From Macrostomum lignano (lineage: Eukaryota), in contig NIVC01000854.1 of assembly GCA_002269645.1 (NCBI GenBank), positions 248,001-312,000 on the forward strand: 64,000 nucleotides of DNA, written 5' to 3'. Shown piece after piece: positions 1 through 11,694 of this stretch. A program made the translations under genes and the position numbers. The stretch's first letter is position 1, and each line of letters opens with the position of its first letter. The notes under the pieces are model-generated. The model had not been told where the DNA came from. It made no database searches and saw only the letters and a program-made list of their open reading frames with translations.

Positions 1-90
1 CTGCTGTTGGCCTGCGAGAATCGCCACATGCCACCGGGCCTGATGCTGGAGCCTGGCATTGTGATGATATTCGCGCACGGAGTCGAATGA
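1..90 (+). CDS. 3' end of an unidentified protein-coding gene
   Basis: Open frame 1 LLLACENRHMPPGLMLEPGIVMIFAHGVE, stop TGA 88-90, GC-rich codons followed by an AT-rich UTR. Confidence 0.55.
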   Translation: MLLACENRHMPPGLMLEPGIVMIFAHGVE

Positions 91-1074
91 CTCATTTTAG
101 ATATTTAAACTACTGATAGTAGCTAGCGAGCATTTTTGCCGCTAATAAATGGGGAATTTCTGAACCGACTCAAGCATTCGTCTATTTTAGTGGCTATGGC
201 TACAGACTTGAACGCTAAAAGTTAAGCAGGATTGGTCAGGGTTAGTACACGCAGCCTTTATTTGCTTTTAGCCTCAAATCTTCTTGAAGCTTCTTAATTA
301 GTTAGGAATATTGTTGTGTTGCATTTGTTGCTCTCTCCAGTAAATATCATTCTCATTTTTCATCAGTTCCTGTCTAAGAGATGCGCTTTGCTCAGTTTAA
401 TGATCCAGTTCGCGATGCGAATATACTAATAATAATTAATTTACCTAATTATGTAATCGCAGATTTTGTGTGATATTAAGTATACCGGATTACAGTTCGC
501 ATTGAAGAGTTTTCTTACTGAGGCGTGACGTAAATGCAAGCTGAATTGAAATATTGCATTATAAAAATTATATTGTTCTTGCTGGTCATGGCTGGGGCGA
601 AGTCAGCATGGTTTCTATACGAAAAAAGACATCCATTGTATGAACAAAGCTCAAGGATATTAGCTTTCAAGAGAACATTTGATCTGAAAAAGTTTTCAAG
701 AGTCTGATATATTAACAAATTTTAATACAGAAAACAAACACAACAGATACTACTCGTAAATTCCTAGACAGTAGAAGAGTAGGATAACAAGAAATGTGCA
801 TTAGATAGGGACGGACAGAATCACACTATTATTCGTAATTTTCAGCAAAAGAAAAAACATTTTTACGACTTGTAGAGGTCGCAACACTACAAGCGTATAG
901 TGGCAAAAGCAAGCACCGACAAAATTCAATATTGTGGCACGGAGTGCATAAATTATTAATAAAACTGCGACACTGGAATGTTACCTAGCAAATTATCAAC
1001 AGTCTAAAAAGAGACTTACAGTAAAACATGGACGAAAACAAATCTAGGTAAAATTTAGAGAAACTTTAACTATT

Positions 1075-1378
1075 CGCTGATTGGTCAGCAGGGAGAATCC
1101 AGCTAGTCGCTGATTGGTCAGCAGGGAGAATCCAGCTAGTTGCTGATTGGTCAGCAGGGAGAATCCAGCTATTCGCTGATTGGTTAGCAGGGGAGAATCC
1201 AGCTAGTCGCTGATTGGTCAGCAGGGAGAATCCAGCTAGTCGCTGATTGGTCAGCAGGGAGAATCCAGCTAGTCGCTGATTGGTCAGCAGGGAGAATCCA
1301 GCTAGTCGCTGATTGGTCAGCAGGGAGAATCCAGCTAGTCGCTAATTAGTCAGCTGGGAGAATCCAGCTAGTCGCTGA
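1075..1378. repeat. 33-bp minisatellite (GCTGATTGGTCAGCAGGGAGAATCCAGCTAGTC), about 9 copies
   Basis: Directly visible tandem units between converging gene ends. Confidence 0.95.
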
Positions 1379-1446
1379 GTGATCTCGACAAGAAAAATGT
1401 TAATAAAGCCAACTAAAAGCAGCAATCAATGGTAACAAAAAGAAAA

Positions 1447-1881
1447 CTATTGCACAGAACAGCCCGTGTTAGAATTGGCCCCAGACCCTCCGCGCCGTTC
1501 AGCCCGCGCCACCAGAAAGGCGCTCATCCACATGTCTAAATCTTCGTCGGATTCGGCGCTAAGCGCCACAGTCTGTCGGCCATCACCGGTAAGAATTTCG
1601 AAGGCGCGCTCTCGGCCAGCCAGCGGCCGGATGGTGCAGGCGCTAAGCTGCAGGCATTTGGCCCGCTTCACTGCCCAGTCGGAGGCTGTTGACTCGCCGT
1701 TTGGCGGCTCGGAGGCGTAGGCCAAGCGGCCGCCATCAAGCAGACGGCAGTAGACTCGCTCCCAGCGATGAAGGATTCTGGATCGCTTCTGCAGGTAGCC
1801 TTCGGCTGCTGCCGCTGCTGCTGGCGGGGCGGCCGGGGCTTCCGAAGCGTTGCCGCCGCCTGCAGGTACTTCTTCCGACAT
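1447..1881 (-). CDS. Small single-exon PH-domain protein (144 aa) ending in CSVQ
   Basis: GYLQKRSRILHRWERVYCRL...AFEILT...LSAESDEDLDMWMSAF is a typical PH fold pattern; TTCCAG acceptor-like site 6 nt before the ATG. Confidence 0.85.
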   Translation of the reverse strand: MSEEVPAGGGNASEAPAAPPAAAAAAEGYLQKRSRILHRWERVYCRLLDGGRLAYASEPPNGESTASDWAVKRAKCLQLSACTIRPLAGRERAFEILTGDGRQTVALSAESDEDLDMWMSAFLVARAERRGGSGANSNTGCSVQ

Positions 1882-1920
1882 TTGCCGCTGGAAGTAGTAT
1901 GGCTTGATTCAATTTGGCAG

Positions 1921-2175
1921 CTTTTGAGTTTGAGATGATCTCAGGAATGCGATGATCATGTTTTGAGCTGAGTTTGAGATGATCTCAGGAATGCGATAAT
2001 CATGTTTTGAGCTGAGTTTGAGATGATCTCAGGAATGCGATAATCATGTTTTGAGCTGAGTTTGAGATGATCTCAGGAATGCGATAATCATGTTTTGAGC
2101 TGAGTTTGAGATGATCTCAAAAATGTGATAATCATGTTTTGAGTTTGAGATGATCTCAGGAATGTGATAATCATG
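1921..2175. repeat. 44-bp minisatellite (TTTTGAGCTGAGTTTGAGATGATCTCAGGAATGCGATAATCATG), about 5.5 copies
   Basis: Tandem units; each contains the palindrome TGAGAT-G-ATCTCA. Confidence 0.95.
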
Positions 2176-2417
2176 ATAATTTGATAATCATTAGATAGAA
2201 TAAAGTAACAGATTTTGTAACCTCACACTAGGTCGTAATTATTAATAGCTTTATTGAATTATATCGAAGTTTTAAGCACAAAATGACCAATAAAAATCGA
2301 AACCATAAAAAGGTACACAAAAGGGAATGGTCATAAACACAATTATTAGAATGAATAATAAAAACATTGGACGGACAAATAGGTAAAATTCAGCTACAAA
2401 AGTCTCAGTCAGTCTGG

Positions 2418-5400
2418 CTACTTGGCGAACACCAGATGCGCGTCTTTCTCCGGGTCGAGCTGGCGCAACGGTTTGGCGCCGATGCTGGCAGCAAAAGTGG
2501 CAACCCGGTCGGCGAACTGGGCCACCTGGTCCTGCCGCAGCTCCAGCATGTAGCTGCGAGTGAAATTTATAATTATTAATTCATATAATTAATATAATAA
2601 TAATAATAATTGATTACACCTGCCCCAATTGGGTCAGATGTGCAACCGACAGCTTAGCCGCAGCTATTGCGCGGCGCATCTGAAGGCTGCGTACGGCTGT
2701 TCAGTCCAATGACCGGGGGGTCGCCACACACAGCCTCAATTACCCCAGCTACTGCTGGCAACCCATTTTACAGCTGGGTGAACTGAAGCAATGCAGAGTA
2801 AAGTGTCTTGCTCAAGGACACAAATTGTTCCAAGTGGGATCGGGAATCGAACCCCCGACCTTCAAGTCGTGAGTCCGACGCTCTGACCACTAGGCTGCAG
2901 CCCCTCGCCTAATTACTATGAATTGAAGCATTTTTTCACACAGCCAGCGCCAAAGCCCTGTGCCTGGCGTTGCACACATACGCTACAAAATCGGTGGCTC
3001 ACAGCGCAGATTCCACAACCAGAACGGCCGATTCAGAAAACAGCTGAGCGACTCCTTCATCTGCCAGCAGATGCGCCGTGCTGTTTGAGAAGCTGGCCAG
3101 TTGAATTTGGCCGCGAAATTTTGCTTTATTGGCCAGAGTTAGCAGGCAGCCAAGCGGCAGAAATGTGATTGACACATTGTCCATGGAGAGGAGGCCTGGG
3201 TGCAGGGGTTTAAGGGCGATTCTTGGAATGCTTGTTGGGACGATTCTTAGAATAGCTGCTAGGGCTGTTTTTTAAGATGTTGCTAAGGTTTATTCTTGGA
3301 ATGGTTGCTAAGGGCGATTTTTGGAGTGGTAGCTAAGGGCCGATTCTCAAAATGGTTGCTAGGGGTGACTCTTAGAATGGTTGCTAGGGGTGACTCTTAG
3401 AATGGTTTCTAGGGGTGACTCTTAGAATGGTTGCTAGGGGTGACTCTTAGAATGGTTGCTAGGGGTGACTCTTAGAATGGTTGCTAGGGGTGACTCTCAG
3501 AATGGTTGCTAGGGGTGACTCCTAGAATGGTTGCTAGGGGTGACTCCTAGAATGGTTGCTAGGGATGACTCTTAGAATGGTTTCTAGGGGTGACTTTTAG
3601 AATGGTTGCTAGGGTGACTCTTAGAATGGTTGCTAGGGGTGACTCCTAGAATGGTTGCTAGGGGTGACTCTTAGAATGGTTGCTAGGGGTGACTCTCAGA
3701 ATGGTTGCTAGGGGCGACTCTTAGAATGGTTGCTAGGGGTGACTCCTAGAATGGTGGGGTGACTCTTAGAATGGTTGCTAGGGGTGACTCCTAGAATGGT
3801 TGCTAGGGGTGACTCTTAGAATGGTTGCTAGGGGTGACTCTCAGAATGGTTGCTAGGGGTGACTCCTAGAATGGTTGCTAGGGGTGACTCTTAAAATGGT
3901 TGCTAAGGGCAATTCAGTTTATCAGGGTTAGATATAAGATTGACAGGTTAATTTAAAGCATCGAAAAGTCAAAATCTCACCGTCTCCTTTGTCACTGGAC
4001 TCGGGCAATTTCTCCACTTTGCTGTCATCCTGTTTAGCTTCACCAGCTTCCTCAGTTTCCTCCTCAATAATCTCTGTAACAGTGGCTGTCGCACCTTCGG
4101 CCTGCTGCTGCTGCTGCTCATACCTGGTCCCAGTGCTCAGCTCGTGCATCACGCTGCACACATTGTACTCGCACACGGCGCCAACAGAGTTCACGCGCTG
4201 CCCGTTGGCGCTCCTGTCATAGTCTGGCCACTCGGACACCAGGCCCCAGCCCAGGTAGGGGCTGCACACGATGTCGCCCCAGTAGCCACGCCTGGCATGC
4301 CGCTCGCCAGCCACGCTGAGCACAATTCCGCTGCACAGGGTTCGATTGGAGGCGTCGTAGGCGGCCTCTCGAAGCCGGAATGCCACGCCTTTGGTGCGCC
4401 AGTGCAGGTACTCGGGCCGGCTTACCTGGGCGCCGTTGGGCCGCTCGACCAGCCGCATCTGGTGGTCCCAGTCGAATACGTTGGGTATGGCATCGTACCT
4501 GGGGGATGGGATCGGAAGATTGGCAAGACTGGAATATTGGGAAGATTAGGGAGAATAGGGACAATGGGAAAGATTAGGGATAGGAAAGATTAGGGATGGG
4601 GAAGATTAGGGATGGGGAAGATTAGGGATGGGGAAGACTGGGGACGATGGGGAAGATTGGGGACATTGAGAATGGGGAAGATTAGGGATGGGGAAGACTG
4701 GGGACGATGGGGAAGATTAGGGATGGGGGAGATTGGGGACGGGGAAGATTAGGGATGGGGAAGATTGGGACGATAGGGAAGATTAGGGATGGGGAAGATT
4801 AGGGATGGGAAAGATTAGGGATGGGGAAGATTGGGGATGGGGAAGATTGGGGATGGGAAAGATTAGGGATGGGGAAGATTAGGGATGGGGGAGATTGGGG
4901 ACGGGGAAGATTAGGGATGGGGAAGATTGGGACGATAGGGAAGATTAGGGATGGGGAAGATTAGGGATGGGAAAGATTAGGGATGGGGAAGATTGGGGAC
5001 GATGGGGAAGATTGGGTACGATGGGGAAGATTAGGGATGGAGAAGATTGGCGACGATGGGGAAGATTGGGGACGATGAGGAGAATGAGGGAAAATGGAGA
5101 TAATTGAGATAATAACAATATTAAAGAGGATTGGGAGGATTGGGGATAATGGGGAGAATCAATAAGATTGGGGAGAATGAGAAAGATTTGGGGAGATTTA
5201 GGGAGATTTGGGGAGAATTAAAATGGAAGCAACTTTACGCCGTTAAAAAAAGAATCTAGCCAGCAGAGGCGACTAGAAGGGTGGGAAATTCGAAGTTATG
5301 ATAAAAGACTGACCTGACTCCCAGGTGCTGCCTGAGCCGCAGATCCCAGCACAGCTGTGCATCGAAGCCTTTCCTATCGGCCAGGCCCTGCTTCCAGAAC

Positions 5401-6706
5401 TTGAACACAGCTTCCATAATGTCGCGCTCGCGAAATTTCAAATCGCCCAGCTGCAGCATTGGCGCAGTCTGCTGGCAGAACTCCGGGTCGGTGACCAATC
5501 GGATTAGCATCGGGCACAGTCTGGTCACGTGATCCACGGTCTGCTCTCGCACAAGCGTGTTGCCGTAGAGCTCCAGAAACAGTTCGGCCCGCTCCTGCAC
5601 GCTGGCTCGAGTGTCCAGACACAGAAGCAGCTGCAGCATTGCCCGGCAGTACAGGCTGCAGTCAGTCTCCAACACGAAGATCTTCAATGGTGTCGAGGAT
5701 GTACAGTGCCGCCTGAGCCTGGCAAGGGTGGTCAGCAGGTGTCTCTGATCGCCCGAGCCCACAATCAGCATGGTCTGGGCCGGCTCAGGGCGGTTGGCAT
5801 CGAGCCAAACCTGTTGCAGATCCAGTGCCGGACTGAAGCCCCACCAGGTGATGCTGCCAAGGCCAGTCTCGATTGAGTGCCGATCGAGTGCTGGGCTGTC
5901 CTGCGACATGTCTCTGGGCTCTGCAGTTCGGGTTTCCAATTCATTAATTGTATCAGACTGCACACTACTTGTGGGTTTCTGTAACTAACTTGACTATTCA
6001 CTGTGACTAATCATTCACTGTGACTCCTCATTCACTGTGACTCCCTATTCACTGTGACTCCTCATTCACTGTGACTTCCTATTCACTGTGACTCATCATT
6101 CACTGTGACTCCTCATTGACTGTGACTCCTCATTCACTGTGACTTCCTATTCACTGTGACTCATCATTCACTGTGACTCCCTATTCACTGTGACTCCTCA
6201 TTCACTGTGACTCCTCATTCACTGTGACTCCCTATTCACTGTGACTCCCTATTCACTGTGACTCCTCATTCACTGTGACTCCTCATTCACTGTGACTCAT
6301 CATTCACTGTGACTCCCTATTCACTGTGACTCATCATTCACTGAGACTCCTTATTCACTGTGACTCCTCATTCACTGTGACTCCTCATTCACTGTGACTC
6401 CTTATTCACTGTGACTACCTATTCACTGTGACTCCTCATTCACTGTGACTCCTCATTCACTGTGACTCCTCATTCACTGTGACTCCTCATTCACTGTGAC
6501 TCCTCATTCACTGTGACTCCTAATTCACTGTGACTCATTCACTGTGACTCCTCATTCACTGTGACTCATCATTCACTGTGACTCCTCATTCACTGTGACT
6601 CCTCATTCACTGTGACTCCTCATTCACTGTGACTCCTCATTCACTGTGAATTTCTGCTTACGTGATTTACTACTTCCTTTGTAGAGTTTTCAAATTCTGC
6701 AGACAT
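2418..6706 (-). CDS. DNAAF3: Dynein axonemal assembly factor 3 (PF22) homologue, 5 exons, 518 aa
   Basis: Exons 6706-6662, 5978-5314, 4498-3981, 3195-3003, 2553-2418; all GT-AG and phases add up. Motifs GLGSITWWGFSPALDL, RYDA..VFDWD..MRL, NRTLCSG, GDIVCSPYLGWG. Confidence 0.93.
2598..2904 (-). mobile_element. tRNA-derived CORE-like SINE in DNAAF3 intron 4
   Basis: Minus-strand head GGGGCTGCAGCCTAGTGGTCAGAGCG...GGTTCGATTCCC (A and B boxes), CORE-like TGTGTCCTTGAGCAAGACACTT...CAGCTGTAAAATGGG, (TTA)n tail; near-copy at 39352-39632. Confidence 0.85.
3340..3905. repeat. 25-bp minisatellite (GGGGTGACTCTTAGAATGGTTGCTA) in DNAAF3 intron 3
   Basis: More than 20 tandem units. Confidence 0.95.
4540..5075. 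repeat. G-rich 16-17-bp minisatellite (GGGGAAGATTAGGGAT) containing TTAGGG, DNAAF3 intron 2
   Basis: Tandem variants visible. Confidence 0.95.
5995..6650. repeat. 17-bp minisatellite (ATTCACTGTGACTCCTC) filling DNAAF3 intron 1
   Basis: About 38 tandem units. Confidence 0.95.
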
Positions 6707-6924
6707 ATCAAGGGAAAAGTGACCGATAAGTTATTGCTATTAAAGAAAATCAATTTTGACGTAATAAATTTTTTATATTTCAACAAAAAAGTGTTAATTA
6801 AATACAAATAGATGTCCAGTAAAATCAAATCTGTCAAATGCATTACCGGTAAAAAAGAATAAAAAATGCAACAAGTACTTGAAATCGTTTTACAATTAGG
6901 ATAATCTATCGAGCAGTCATCTAG

Positions 6925-7308
6925 AATGGGAGATGGGGAATGGGAGATAGGGAATGGGAGATGTGGAATAGAAGATTAGGAATGTGAGATGGGGAATGTG
7001 AGATGGGGAATGGGAGATGGGGAATGGGAGATGAGGAATGGGAGATGCGGAATTGGAGATGGGGAATGTGAGATGGGGAATGGGAGATGGGGAATGGGAG
7101 ATGGGGAATGGGAGATTGGGAATGGGAGATGAGGAATGGGAGATGGGGAATGTGAGATGGGAAATGGGATATGGGGAATGGGAGATGGGAAATGGGAGAT
7201 GGGGAATGGGAGATGGGAATGGGAGATGGGGAATGGGAGATGGGGAATGGGAGATGGGGAATGTGAGATGGGGAATGTGAGATGGGGAATGGGAGATGGG
7301 AATGGGAG
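6925..7308. repeat. G-rich (GGGAAT/GGGAGAT) satellite in the spacer between the SAM50-like gene and DNAAF3
   Basis: Tandem 6-8-nt G3/G4 units. Confidence 0.95.
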
Positions 7309-7351
7309 TAGAACATAGTTGCAAATTCAATGATTGCATGATCACTCATCA

Positions 7352-10300
7352 TTACTCGGCCAGCACACAGGCAGACAGTCCCGGCACAGCAGCGTCAGTA
7401 TCCAGCCTGGGCCATGGAGCCCAGCACCAGTTTAGCTCCAGCCGGGCCGCACCCCCAGCCACCGGACAGGCCGCCCCCAGGCCGCAGGCGACCCCCAGAC
7501 CGGCGTCTTCCATCGACGCCACGCAACCGGCGTCCACAAAGGCGCGCAGACGAACGCTCGGCGCTAGTGGCGTCGCTATCGAAGCCTCTGAACCGACGGA
7601 CAGCCGGAAAAGACCGCCGACGTAGCGCCGGCCAAACCAGCGGCGATTGTCGCCAGAGCCCCAGTCGGCCAGAGGGGGCGGGAAGCTGGGGCCAGCGCGG
7701 TTTGGCGCGAACCCGCGGACGCCTATAGACACACAGTTGTGCGGTGAGGAGAGAGCTGATGAAGGGGTTCGCAAAATGAGGGATACCAGAGATGGGGAAT
7801 GGGAGATGGGAGATGGGGAGATGGGGAATGGGAGATGGGAATGGGAGATGGGAGATGGGGAAGGGGAGATTGGAGATGGGGAATAGGAGATGGGAATGGG
7901 AGATGGGAGATGGGGAAGGGGAGATTGGAGATGGTGAATAGGAGATGGGAGATGGGAAATGGGAGATGGGAGATGGGGAATGAGGAATGGGAGATGAGAG
8001 ATGGGAAATGGGAGATGAAAGATGGGGAATGGGAAATGGGAGATGGGGAATGTGAGATGGGAAATGGGAGATGGGGAATGGGAGATAGGGAATGAAAGAT
8101 GGAGAATGGGAAATGGGAGATGGGAGATGGGGAATGGGAGATGGGAAATGGGAGATGGAGAATGGGAGATGGGGAATGGGAGATAGGGAATGGGAGATGG
8201 GGAATGGGAGATGGGGAATGGGAAATGGGGAATGGGAGATGGGAGATGGGGAATGAGGAATGGGAGATGGGGAATGGGAGATGGGGAATGGGAGATGGGA
8301 TATGGGACATGGGGAATAGGAGATGGGAAATGGGAGATGGGGAATGGGAGATGGGGGATGGGGTTGCAGGAACTGAATTGAGAAATATCAGTTTGGGATG
8401 TATAGGTAACGGGAAAATGTGAAAAAATGATTAAGGAGCAGGAATATGAATACACTTTAATTAGGATAGACGTAGACATTGAAAAGTGAAAATAAAAGCA
8501 AATAACAAGTTTAGAACATAAATACAGTCTCTCACCAGCCGCTGCTCCACCAAAGGGAAACCGATCTTCGAAGGGCGCCCGGTCGTCAGCCGCGAAGCAT
8601 TTGCAAAAGTCCAGCCGAGCGCTTAGAGACGGACAGCAGTTGCCAAGGAGACGCTGCAGGGGAAGTCGCCAAATTGCCTGGCAAAGTTGGGAGGTAAGAG
8701 AAGATATATTCAAATGGGACAGGATAGTCGCTTGATGGGATCTGTGACATCTGTGAGTTAGTGATTTGGATCTGTGAGTTAGTGATTTGGATCTGTGAGT
8801 TAGTGATTTGGATCTGTGAGTTAGTGATTGGGATCTGTGAGTTACTGATTGGAATCTGTGAGTTAGTGATTGGAATCTGTGAGTTAGTGATTGGGATCTG
8901 TGAGTTACTGATTGGGATCTGTGAGTTAGTGATTGGGGTCTGTGAGTTAGTGATTGGAATCTGTGAGTTAGTGATTGGGATCTGTGAGTTAGTGATTGGG
9001 GTCTGTGAATTACTGATTGGAATCTGTGAGTTAGTGATTGGGATCTGTGAATTACTGATTGGGATCTGTGAGTTACTGATTGGGATCTGTGAGTTACTGA
9101 TTGGGATCTGTGAGTTACTGATTGGGATCTGTGAGTTACTGATTGGGATCTGTAAAATACTGATTGGGATCTGTGAGTTACTGATTGGGATCTGTAAGTT
9201 AGTGATTGGAATCTGTGAGTTAGTGATTGGGGTCTGTGAGTTAGTGATTGGAATCTGTGAGTTAGTGATTGGGATCTGTGAGTTAGTGATTGGGATCTGT
9301 GAGTTACTGATTGGGATCTGTGAGTTACTGATTGGGATCTGTGAAATACTGATTGGGATCTGTGAGTTACTGATTGGGATCTGTGAGTTACTAATTGGGA
9401 TCTGTGAAATACTGATTGGGATACTGATTAGGATATTGAAGAGTCACTGAATGGAATTTCGAAGGCCACCCAAGCACACCTGAGCCGTGGTCCGGTGCCG
9501 CAGCAGCACTCCAATGTCACCAGGCCGCTCTCCGCCGCCAGCATCAAAAGCTGCCAGTTCGTTCGAGCAGCGGATCAGCCAGCCGCTGGCGGGCGCGGCC
9601 GGACAGTCCCTGGCGTCCCACTCGGATTTGTGACGCAACGACAAGCGCCAGGCGCTGGGCAGCGCCACGACAGCTTCTGGCGAGTCGGCGAGAGCCGCCG
9701 TAGCCTCCTCCGGGGTGAGAGAGAACTGGCGAGCTGAGGCGTCCAACAGAAGCGAGTGCCGCCGGCGGGTACATTGTGCGGCCCGGATGGTGTACCTTGT
9801 GAGGCCGCAAAAGCAGCCGTGACTGCGGTTCTGAGGTGGGGAATGTGGGAAGACAAGGATGGGCAATTTGGGAAGACAAGGATGCTAAATGTGGGAAGAC
9901 AAGGATGGGGAATGTGGGAAGACAAGGATGGGGAATGTGGGAAGACAAGGATGGAGAATGTGGGAAGACAAGGATGGGGAATGTGGGAAGACAAGGATGG
10001 TAAATGTGGGAAGACAGGATAGGGAAAGTGGGAAGACAAGGATGGGAAATGTGGGAAGACTCACTTCAAAGGCGGCCTGCTCAAAAACCGTCCGATCCAG
10101 ATAGCAGCCAACCAAGGACCGCCAACTGGCCAGCCAGCCAGTGCCGGCCAGTGGCGGGGACTCCAGCCAGACTCGGCCGGAGAGGCTGTCCGACTGGCCA
10201 ATTACAGTGCCAGTCCATAGGCGCCAGGGCGCCAAGTTTTTAGCGCCAGAAAAAGCGGCGCCAATTGATAATTCTATGGAGGCAGCGCCGTCTGCGCCAG

Positions 10301-11466
10301 AGGCTACGGGGCCGCTGCGACTGGCCAGGAATGGCGGAGGCTGCGACTGAGGCTGGTGTTGCTGCAAATGTTTAATATAACTGGTGAGCACTGCTCAAGA
10401 TCTGGGGAATTATACCCCACTGATATTGAATCAAAATCAGGCAGAGAGGGCACTGCGATCGTTGGAGAGGCACTGAAATGGTTTCAGGTGCCAAGGGTCA
10501 AGGGGGGAGGGTCAGAGGGTCAAGGGGGAGACGGTCAAGGGTCAAGGGGGAGAGGGTCAGAGGGTCAAGGGGGAGAAGATCAGAGGATCAAGGGGAGAGG
10601 GTCAGAGGGTCAAGGGGGAGAGGGTCAAGGGTCAAGGGGGAGAGGGTCAGAGGGTCAAGGGGGAGAGGGTCAAGGGTCAAGGGGGAGAGGGTCAGAGGGT
10701 CAAGGGGAGACGGTCAAGGGTCAAGGGGGAGAGGGTCAGAGGGTCAAGAGGAAGAGGGTCAAGGGTCAAGGGTAGAGGGTCAAGGGTCAAGGGGGAGAGG
10801 GTCAAGGGTCAAGGGGGAGAGGGTCAAGGGGGAGAGGGTCAAGGGTCAAGGGGGAGAGGGTCAGAGGGTCAAGGGGGGAGGGTCAGAGGGTCAAGGGGGA
10901 GAGGGTCAGAGGGTCAAGGGATAGAGGGTCAGAGGGTCAAGGGGAGAGGGCCAGAGGGTCAAGGGATAGAGGGTCAGAGGGTCAAGGGGGAGAGGGTCAG
11001 AGGGTCAAGGGATAGAGGGTCAGAGGGTCAAGGGGGAATTGCTGAGGTGCGAGGGTCAGGGGGAATTGCTGAGGTGCGAGGGTCAGGGGGAATTGCTGAG
11101 GTGCGAGGGTCAGGGGGAATTGCTGAGGTGCCGAGAATTAAGGGGAAATTGTTGAGGTGCCGAGGGTCAAGGGGGAATTGCTGAAGTGCCTAAGGTCAAG
11201 GGAAAGGCACTGAAAGGGTTATAAAGGCACTGAAAGGGTTGGAAAGGCACTGAAATGGTTGGAGAGGCAATGGTTGGAGAATGGTTGGAAAGGGCTGGAA
11301 AGGCACTGAAATGGTTGGAGAGGCACTGAAAGGGCTGGAAAGGCACTGAAATGGTTGGAAAAGCACTAAAAGGGCTGGAAAGGCACTGAGAGGGTTGGAT
11401 CTCAAGGGAGTTGGAGAGGCACTGGGACATACCGTATAAATCTAAAAGGATATTGAGCAACACCAT
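7352..11466 (-). CDS. Divergent SAM50/Omp85 (BamA-family) beta-barrel protein, 5 exons, 407 aa
   Basis: Exons 11466-11433, 10390-10065, 9830-9480, 8677-8536, 7722-7352 give 1224 nt in frame. Segments LRHKSEWDARD..P.SGWLIRCSNELA, EDRFPFGG..GVRGF...AGP, LRAFVDAGC and ARLELNWC match recalled SAM50 segments (LSHAMVIDSRN..P.RGALLKVNQELA; DRFYLGG..SIRGF; THFFLNAGN; ARLELNYC). The first exon and its acceptor are least certain. Confidence 0.82.
7790..8362. repeat. G-rich (GGGAAT/GGGAGAT) satellite, SAM50-like intron 4
   Basis: Same unit family as 6925-7308. Confidence 0.95.
8745..9430. repeat. 21-bp minisatellite (GATCTGTGAGTTAGTGATTGG), SAM50-like intron 3
   Basis: About 32 units; source of the spurious LIGICEL ORF. 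Confidence 0.95.
9838..10060. repeat. 22-23-bp minisatellite (GGGAATGTGGGAAGACAAGGATG), SAM50-like intron 2
   Basis: About 9 units spanning almost the whole intron. Confidence 0.95.
10493..11420. repeat. Compound minisatellite (GAGGGTCAAGGGG-type, then GGGGGAATTGCTGAGGTGCGAGGGTCA, then AAGGCACTGAAAGGGTTGGA-type), SAM50-like intron 1
   Basis: Three adjacent arrays with gradual transitions. Confidence 0.9.
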
Positions 11467-11694
11467 AGTAAAACGCTGTATATTTTACAATATTCAAAGA
11501 CAGTAGCAACTGTACGCTTAATATTTATTTACAGGAAAGTAGAAGGGCCAATTTCTACTCAAACAGCTTTAACTAACAGGCTATTATGCAGCAAGTTGGC
11601 CAAATATTTTCAACACAAAGTACTGAGCAAAAATGCGCTTAATGATCGGATCGCCAAAATAGCCAAAAAGCCAAGAATTACATTCCTTCATCTT

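Noticed and set aside
515-718. 67-aa minus-strand ORF
   Set aside because: AT-rich, probably the 3' UTR of the plus-strand gene; no motif
6917-9450. Long ORFs such as PISHSPSP, MGDGEWE and (LIGICEL)n
   Set aside because: Translations of tandem repeats lying in introns or spacers of well-supported opposite-strand genes
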